Source: Pseudoalteromonas tetraodonis
Lineage (GTDB): Bacteria; Pseudomonadota; Gammaproteobacteria; Enterobacterales; Alteromonadaceae
Direction: 5' to 3'
Length of the DNA stretch: 32,000 nucleotides
Assembly (NCBI RefSeq): GCF_002310835.1
Contig: NZ_CP011041.1
Span: forward strand, 2,550,001-2,582,000
Every line of letters starts with the position of its first letter. Position 1 is the first letter of the stretch. Below, piece after piece: positions 26,268 through 32,000 of this stretch. The notes under the pieces were generated by a model. The model was given only the letters and a program-made list of their open reading frames with translations, had not been told where the DNA came from and did not search any database. The position numbers and the translations under genes were made by a program.

Positions 26268-27437
26268 ATGAAACTTACTCCAATTAAAACACTGGCAGCT
26301 ACAGCTGTACTTTGTGCACTTTCTAGCACAGCTTATGCCGCAACAGCTGCAAAAATAGGTGATACCGAATTCACCTACGGTGGATACATTAAACTCGACG
26401 CAATGTGGAGTGACTACTCAGCAGGTGCGCCTGCAGGCACCAGTGTTGGCCGTGACTTTTATGTACCAAGTACATTAACCGTTGGCAGCGATAATAACTC
26501 AGATGCTGTATTTGATATGCACGCACGTGAATCTCGCTTTAACTTTGGTACGTCTACACTTTTAGATAATGGCAAAACGGTTAAAACTAAAATTGAGTTA
26601 GACTTTTTAGCGTCTGCTCCTGGCGGCAACGAGCGTGTGTCCAATTCATATTCTCCGCGTATTCGCCATGCCTTTATTTCTTATGATGGCTGGTTATTTG
26701 GTCAAACATGGTCAAACTTTCAAAACGTCGGTGCATTACCAGAAGCGCTTGATTTTGTTGGCCCAGCTGAAGGCACCGTCTTTGTTCGTCAATCTCAAAT
26801 TAAATACACTACGGGCGCATGGTCTTTCTCTTTAGAAAACCCAGAAAGCACAATTACAACACCTGGTGGTGGCATGGCAGTGACAGATGATGCCTCATTA
26901 CCTGATTTTACTGCACGCTATACCCATAATGCTGACTGGGGTAACTTTGTAGTTGCTGCACTCGCTCGTCAATTAACTTATAAAGTAGGCGGTGTTGATG
27001 CCGATGAAACTTCTTTTGGTGTCAGTGCATCAGGTATGGTTAAACTAGGTGAAGACAACCTTAAATTTATGCTTACTCAAGGTAAAGGGTTAGGTCGTTA
27101 TGTTGGTCTAAACGTAGCACGTGGTGCGGTACTCAACGGTGATGATTTAGATGCCATTGATTCAACATCAGGTTTTATTGCTTATCAACATAAGTGGAAC
27201 AGCCAATGGCGCTCTACATTCCTATATTCGTTTTTCTCAGCAGATAACAATACAGACTTACTTTCATTCTCAGGTGATCCGACAGAATCAAGCCAAAGCT
27301 ACAGCGCAAATATTCTGTACTCACCGGTTAAACGCTTAACCTTTGGTGCTGAATTAAAACATGCAGAACGCGAGCTTGAAAGTGGCGTAGATGGCGATAT
27401 GGATCGCTTACAGTTCTCTGTTAAATATGCATTTTAA
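26268..27437 (+). CDS. Outer-membrane porin (beta-barrel, possibly DcaP-like without the coiled-coil)
   Basis: Signal peptide MKLTPIKTLAATAVLCALSSTAYA, amphipathic beta-strand alternation and an aromatic C-terminus ...FSVKYAF. Confidence 0.7.
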   Translation: MKLTPIKTLAATAVLCALSSTAYAATAAKIGDTEFTYGGYIKLDAMWSDYSAGAPAGTSVGRDFYVPSTLTVGSDNNSDAVFDMHARESRFNFGTSTLLDNGKTVKTKIELDFLASAPGGNERVSNSYSPRIRHAFISYDGWLFGQTWSNFQNVGALPEALDFVGPAEGTVFVRQSQIKYTTGAWSFSLENPESTITTPGGGMAVTDDASLPDFTARYTHNADWGNFVVAALARQLTYKVGGVDADETSFGVSASGMVKLGEDNLKFMLTQGKGLGRYVGLNVARGAVLNGDDLDAIDSTSGFIAYQHKWNSQWRSTFLYSFFSADNNTDLLSFSGDPTESSQSYSANILYSPVKRLTFGAELKHAERELESGVDGDMDRLQFSVKYAF

Positions 27438-27470
27438 TTTCTTTACTGATTAAAGTACTGATTTACTTCC

Positions 27471-27492
27471 TAAGCGGCTTCGGCCGCTTTTT
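27471..27492 (+). terminator. Rho-independent terminator of the porin gene
   Basis: AGCGGC-TTCG-GCCGCT followed by T6. Confidence 0.85.
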
Positions 27493-27575
27493 TTGTTTTT
27501 AACTAGCGCTCAGGTTAACTACAACCACACGCTTTATTTAAAAAATATCAAAGATGTGTAAAATACCGGGTTAAC

Positions 27576-27597
27576 GCAATTGCAAATCACTCTCATT
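27576..27597. promoter_or_regulatory. Weak candidate Fur box upstream of the TonB-dependent receptor
   Basis: GCAATTGCAAATCACTCTC matches about 12 of 19 positions of GATAATGATAATCATTATC by my hand alignment. It lies 42-63 nt upstream of the receptor start. Confidence 0.3.
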
Positions 27598-27638
27598 TAG
27601 ATTAAATTACACCCACATTTTATCTTATGGGAAACAAG

Positions 27639-29759
27639 ATGCTGTACAAACATAAAAACTCTGCATTTAAACTGAGTCTACTTACTTCACTGGTTTTATC
27701 TGGACATGCTATTGCTAACGACACGCAAGACGACCTACCTCTAGAAAAAATTGCCGTTTATGGGCAACATCATAAAAATTATATTACAGAAGAAGCACAG
27801 TCAGCGACTAAGCTAGGTTTAACAATTAAAGAAACTCCACAGTCAATCTCTGTTGTCTCACGTGCGTTGATGGATGACTTTTCACTTGATGATATTAATG
27901 CGGTATTAGAAAGCACCCCAGGCGTAACAGTGGAACAAATAGAAACCGATCGTACTTACTTTAAAGCCCGTGGTTTTGAAATAACTAACTTTTTAATTGA
28001 TGGTTTAGGCACGCCGCAAAGTTCAGGTTCAATTCAAGGTACACTTGATACGGCAATTTACGATCGCGTTGAAATAGTGCGTGGTGCCAACGGCATGATG
28101 ACCGGTGCAGGTAACCCATCAGCTACTGTAAATATGGTGCTAAAAAAACCAACCTACACAACGCAAGCTCATGCATCCGCTTCTTATGGTTCGTGGAATA
28201 ATAAACGTGTAGATATTGATGTTTCCACACCGATTAACGATGAACACGCTGTTCGTGCTGTATTTACAAAGCAAGATAAAGAGTCATACCTAGACCGTTA
28301 CCAAACCGATAAAACCGTTGCCTACCTTGCCTATGAGGGTAAGCTGACTGACGATACACTACTGAGCATTAACTACGTAAACGAACAAAAAGATGCCGAC
28401 AGTCCTTTATGGGGCGCGTTACCACTTTATTACACTGATGGCTCAGCGACTAACTATGATGACTCAACTAGCACAGCTGCAGATTGGTCGTATTGGGATA
28501 ATAGCACTGAACGTGTTTATGTAACACTTGAGCAAAACTTATCAGCGACTTGGGTCGCTAAAGCGCGTTATGCCCACATAAAAAATGAACAAAATTCAGA
28601 GTTGTTTTATGTGTATGGCACACCAGATAAAGAAACTGGTTTAGGTTTAACGGGATATGCGAGTCGTTATGATTACAAAGACACACAAGATTTGTATGAT
28701 TTATATGCCAGCGGTAAGTTTGAGCTATTTTCGCTAGAGCACGACTTATCATTCGGCATCAGCCAAGCAAACATGGACTTTAATGACCAATCGCTTTATG
28801 ACTACACTACAGGTAATGGTTTTCCAGGTATGCCTGATTTAGCAAGTTGGGATGGTGTTATTCCAGAAGCGACATTGGTTGATAGACCTAATGGCAGTGA
28901 TGTACAAAACACACAAAGGTCGGCTTATATATCAACCCGCATCAAATTAGCTGAACCATTGAGCCTTTTAGCTGGAGTACGCTATACCGATTGGGAAACT
29001 AAAGGTATTGCTTATGATGTAGTACAAACCCGTGATGACTCAGAATTAATCCCTTATATTGGCACAGTGTACGATTTTACCGAGTCGTTATCTGCGTATG
29101 CTAGCTATACCGAAACGTTTGTACCACAAAAAGAGTTAGACATTAACGCTGAACAACTGGCTCCTGTAATTGGCAAAAGTACTGAGGTTGGCCTAAAAGC
29201 ACAGCTTTTAGGTGAGCAAGTATTTGTTACACTCGCCTACTTTGATGCCGAGCAAGATGGACTTGCTGTTGCACTTCCAAACTCTCTTCCTAGCGATACG
29301 CGTTATTATGCTGCAGATGGTATCAATAGCGATGGATTCGAAATTGAGCTAAGCGGTCGCTTAACTGATGATTTAAGTGCCAGTATCAGCTTTAGTAATT
29401 TAAGTATTGATGGTGACGAACTTGTTAAAGACTACACCCCAGAAAACCAATTAAAAATGGCTGCCACTTATCAGGTGCCATTTATTGATGGTTTAACCTT
29501 AGGTGCTAATTACCGCTGGCAAGACTCTATTAGCCGCGTGCAAGTAAAAGATCCAGCAGGCAACGCATTGGTTACTACAAAACAAGGTGCTTATGGCTTA
29601 CTAGATTTAATGGCCACCTACGAAATCACTCAAAACGTCGGTGTTACCTTCAATGTTAATAACAGCACTGATGAAAAATACATAAACAGCCTCTATTGGG
29701 CTCAAGGTTACTACGGTGCACCGCGTAACTACTCACTGTCAGTTAACTGGCAGCTATAA
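27639..29759 (+). CDS. TonB-dependent siderophore-type outer-membrane receptor
   Basis: Signal peptide, a TonB-box-like EKIAVYG, a plug domain (ETPQSISVVSR, IEIVRGANGMMTGAGNPSATVNMV) and a 22-strand-type barrel ending ...YSLSVNWQL. The ATG at 27639 has GGGAAA upstream. The ORF-track start is 27627. Confidence 0.9.
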   Translation: MLYKHKNSAFKLSLLTSLVLSGHAIANDTQDDLPLEKIAVYGQHHKNYITEEAQSATKLGLTIKETPQSISVVSRALMDDFSLDDINAVLESTPGVTVEQIETDRTYFKARGFEITNFLIDGLGTPQSSGSIQGTLDTAIYDRVEIVRGANGMMTGAGNPSATVNMVLKKPTYTTQAHASASYGSWNNKRVDIDVSTPINDEHAVRAVFTKQDKESYLDRYQTDKTVAYLAYEGKLTDDTLLSINYVNEQKDADSPLWGALPLYYTDGSATNYDDSTSTAADWSYWDNSTERVYVTLEQNLSATWVAKARYAHIKNEQNSELFYVYGTPDKETGLGLTGYASRYDYKDTQDLYDLYASGKFELFSLEHDLSFGISQANMDFNDQSLYDYTTGNGFPGMPDLASWDGVIPEATLVDRPNGSDVQNTQRSAYISTRIKLAEPLSLLAGVRYTDWETKGIAYDVVQTRDDSELIPYIGTVYDFTESLSAYASYTETFVPQKELDINAEQLAPVIGKSTEVGLKAQLLGEQVFVTLAYFDAEQDGLAVALPNSLPSDTRYYAADGINSDGFEIELSGRLTDDLSASISFSNLSIDGDELVKDYTPENQLKMAATYQVPFIDGLTLGANYRWQDSISRVQVKDPAGNALVTTKQGAYGLLDLMATYEITQNVGVTFNVNNSTDEKYINSLYWAQGYYGAPRNYSLSVNWQL

Positions 29760-29813
29760 ACCTGAGTACTGGGCTCTCATGAACAGAGCTTAAGTCAATT
29801 TATAGCAAGCAAT

Positions 29814-29849
29814 AAAAAAGCGCTAACCTAATTGGTTAGCGCTTTTTTT
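29814..29849. terminator. Bidirectional rho-independent terminator
   Basis: A6-GCGCTAACC-loop-GGTTAGCGC-T7, lying between the convergent receptor gene and recA. Confidence 0.88.
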
Positions 29850-29886
29850 AAGCTCGGGTCAAATCAAGCTTTTAAAACTAATTGGC

Positions 29887-30930
29887 TTAAAGGTCGCCTT
29901 CGTCACCTAATACGTCTTCGCCATCTTCTGGCTCAACTGTTGCTTTTAGCAATAGCATTTCACGCAGTTTACCTTCAATTTCATCTGCAATTTCAGGGTT
30001 TTCTTTAAGGAACTTAATCGAATTAGACTTACCTTGGCCAACTTTGTTGCCATTGTAGCTATACCAAGCACCTGCTTTTTCAACAAGTTTGTGCTTAACA
30101 CCTAAATCAATCAGCTCACCCTGCTTAGAAATACCTTCACCATACATAATGATAAATTCAGCTTGTTTAAACGGCGGTGCAACTTTGTTTTTAACAATTT
30201 TAACGCGCGTTTCATTACCAACAACCTCGTCGCCTTCTTTTACCGAACCAATACGACGAATATCAATACGTACAGAGGCGTAAAATTTCAGGGCGTTACC
30301 ACCGGTTGTTGTTTCAGGGTTACCAAACATTACACCAATTTTCATACGGATTTGGTTAATGAAAATACATAGCGTGTTTGAGCGCTTAATGTTACCAGTC
30401 AGCTTACGTAATGCTTGTGACATTAAACGTGCTTGTAAGCCCATGTGTGAATCACCCATGTCGCCTTCAATTTCAGCTTTTGGCGTTAATGCTGCAACCG
30501 AATCGACAATAACCACATCAACCGCGCTTGAACGCACTAACATGTCACATATTTCCAGTGCTTGCTCACCCGTATCTGGTTGAGATACCAGTAACTCATC
30601 AATGTTAACGCCTAGTTTTTGTGCATAAATTGGATCAAGAGCATGCTCAGCATCAACAAAGGCACACGTTTTACCTTCTTTTTGAGCTTCAGCGATAACT
30701 TGCAATGTTAGCGTTGTTTTACCTGATGACTCTGGGCCATATACTTCAACAATACGCCCCATTGGTAAGCCGCCTATGCCTAAAGCAATATCAATACCTA
30801 GCGAGCCTGTTGATACAGCGTCAATGTTTAACGCCTTGTTATCACCCAATTTCATAATTGAGCCTTTACCAAATTGACGTTCAATTTGTGATAAAGCTGC
30901 GTCCAATGCTTTTTGTTTGTTATCGTTCAT
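29887..30930 (-). CDS. recA: Recombinase A
   Basis: [29 protein letters not shown]..., Walker [10 protein letters not shown] and an acidic C-terminal tail. The ATG at 30928-30930 is preceded by GGAGAG. The ORF-track start is 30942. Confidence 0.97.
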   Translation of the reverse strand: MNDNKQKALDAALSQIERQFGKGSIMKLGDNKALNIDAVSTGSLGIDIALGIGGLPMGRIVEVYGPESSGKTTLTLQVIAEAQKEGKTCAFVDAEHALDPIYAQKLGVNIDELLVSQPDTGEQALEICDMLVRSSAVDVVIVDSVAALTPKAEIEGDMGDSHMGLQARLMSQALRKLTGNIKRSNTLCIFINQIRMKIGVMFGNPETTTGGNALKFYASVRIDIRRIGSVKEGDEVVGNETRVKIVKNKVAPPFKQAEFIIMYGEGISKQGELIDLGVKHKLVEKAGAWYSYNGNKVGQGKSNSIKFLKENPEIADEIEGKLREMLLLKATVEPEDGEDVLGDEGDL

Positions 30931-30964
30931 TTTACTCTCCAAATCCAGCTAATGCAGACAAGTA

Positions 30965-30984
30965 TACTGTATGAAATCACAGTA
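30965..30984. promoter_or_regulatory. LexA operator (SOS box) of recA
   Basis: TACTGTATGAAATCACAGTA fits CTGT-N8-ACAG and the E. coli consensus TACTGTATATATATACAGTA. It lies 35-54 nt upstream of the recA start. Confidence 0.85.
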
Positions 30985-30998
30985 TCAAGCTAATTTTA

Positions 30999-31487
30999 TT
31001 ATTTTATCTTCTCTATTATACTTTTCAATGAAAATACAATAGCTTGCAGCCTAACTTGCGCCCTATCTCCATCAAATACTTGCTCAAACGTCCAGTGTTT
31101 ACCGTTAATTTGTAGGCCAAACCACACAAGCCCTACCGGTTTGCCCTCAGTGGCACCATCGGGACCTGCAATTCCTGAAATAGCAATGCCAATATCAGCA
31201 TTAGCCGCCTTACATGCACCTGCTGCCATCTCAATGACTGTTTGTTCGCTCACCGCGCCAAATTCCTCGAGGGTATCACGCTTCACATTGAGCAATTCAT
31301 GCTTTGCGTTATTGCTATAAGTGACAAATGCGCGGTCAATATATGCAGAGCTTCCGGGGGTATCGGTAAGCGAATAACTCACTCCACCACCAGTACATGA
31401 TTCAGCGGTAGTGATCCATAAGCGTTTATCCGTTAAAATAGCGCCTAATTGCGCAGCAAGTGTCTTAATCTCTTGATGTAATTCCAT
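30999..31487 (-). CDS. pncC: Nicotinamide-nucleotide amidohydrolase PncC (CinA C-terminal-domain protein)
   Basis: TTAESCTGG motif, [15 protein letters not shown] and KPVGLVWF align by eye with E. coli PncC. The ATG at 31485-31487 has AAGG 6 nt upstream. The ORF-track start at 31550 would overlap mutS. Confidence 0.85.
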   Translation of the reverse strand: MELHQEIKTLAAQLGAILTDKRLWITTAESCTGGGVSYSLTDTPGSSAYIDRAFVTYSNNAKHELLNVKRDTLEEFGAVSEQTVIEMAAGACKAANADIGIAISGIAGPDGATEGKPVGLVWFGLQINGKHWTFEQVFDGDRAQVRLQAIVFSLKSIIEKIK

Positions 31488-31508
31488 ATTCAGCCTTTGG
31501 GTAAATAC

Positions 31509-32000
31509 ATGTCGTTTGATCTTTATGCACCGCACACTATAAAACAACAAACCCCTATGATGCAGCAGTATCTAAAAATAAAATCAGAGCATCGCGATAT
31601 TTTATTGTTTTATCGGATGGGGGATTTTTACGAACTCTTTTTTGACGACGCAAAACGCGCCGCGCAATTGCTTGATATTTCACAAACACATCGTGGCAAA
31701 GCCGGCGGCGATCCTATTCCTATGGCGGGCGTGCCTTATCATGCAGTAGAAAACTATTTAGCCCGCTTAGTACAAATGGGCGAGTCGGTGGCTATTTGTG
31801 AGCAAGTGGGCGACCCAGCCACCAGCAAAGGTCCTGTTGAGCGCAAGGTAGTACGTATTGTCACCCCAGGTACCATTTCTGACGAAGCCTTACTGCAAGA
31901 ACGCCAAGACAACCTTTTAACCAGTGTTTGGCAAAATAAAAAAGGCCAATACGGTATTGCGTATCTTGATATCAACTCAGGGCGCTTTAATGTTGTTGAA
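31509..32000 (+). CDS. mutS: DNA mismatch repair protein MutS, N-terminal fragment running off the window
   Basis: Not in the ORF track because it has no stop in the window. Translation is [57 protein letters not shown]..., the MutS mismatch-binding domain. It is in frame to base 32000. Confidence 0.92.
   Translation, partial: MSFDLYAPHTIKQQTPMMQQYLKIKSEHRDILLFYRMGDFYELFFDDAKRAAQLLDISQTHRGKAGGDPIPMAGVPYHAVENYLARLVQMGESVAICEQVGDPATSKGPVERKVVRIVTPGTISDEALLQERQDNLLTSVWQNKKGQYGIAYLDINSGRFNVVE

Noticed and set aside
29760-29886. Absence of recX downstream of recA
   Set aside because: recA is followed directly by a strong bidirectional terminator and a convergent receptor gene. recX is unlinked or absent in various lineages and may be encoded elsewhere, so this cannot be assessed from one window.
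31754-31975. 73-aa minus-strand ORF at the right edge
   Set aside because: It is antisense to the unmistakable MutS N-terminal domain, which the ORF track omits only because it has no stop in the window.
1-32000. Scan for CRISPR arrays, tRNA or rRNA genes, IS elements, integrases, prophage or classical defence genes
   Set aside because: I saw no regularly spaced direct repeats, no cloverleaf-capable GC-rich segments in the AT-rich gaps, and no ORFs with transposase, integrase or phage signatures. The window looks like stable core chromosome apart from the 11.8-16.7 kb signalling genes.

Overview
This is a chromosomal, mostly core-genome window from an AT-rich gammaproteobacterium. Gene content and order look Alteromonadales or Pseudoalteromonas-like, which is an inference. 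Left to right it holds: lepA (5' end), the rpoE-rseABC operon, nadB, sdhE plus a ygfX-like gene, ygfZ, slyD, a membrane protein, a DUF481-like outer-membrane protein, a YciU-type dsDNA-mimic protein, an enoyl-CoA hydratase, an LrgA/LrgB-like pair, an MscS-family channel, a 1084-aa regulator with a co-oriented 125-aa gene, a PAS-GGDEF cyclase, mgtE, a Cache-type chemoreceptor, purU, an AbgT-family transporter, a LuxR-type response regulator next to acs, a porin, a TonB-dependent receptor, recA with a textbook SOS box, pncC and mutS (5' end). I found no rRNA or tRNA genes, CRISPR arrays, transposases, integrases or phage genes. The most unusual locus is 11869-15524. There a CadC/ToxR-type winged-helix domain is fused to a STAND-type P-loop NTPase, one predicted transmembrane helix and a 48-residue-periodic helical-repeat domain. 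It is followed 23 nt later by a small acidic protein of unknown function. I propose this as an uncharacterised membrane-anchored STAND signalling module. Other observations: a roughly 50-57 bp palindromic repeat present twice in the same orientation relative to the downstream gene, a G9 homopolymer inside the chemoreceptor gene, and several perfect palindromes in intergenic regions. All homology calls come from reading the translated ORFs by eye. No searches were run.
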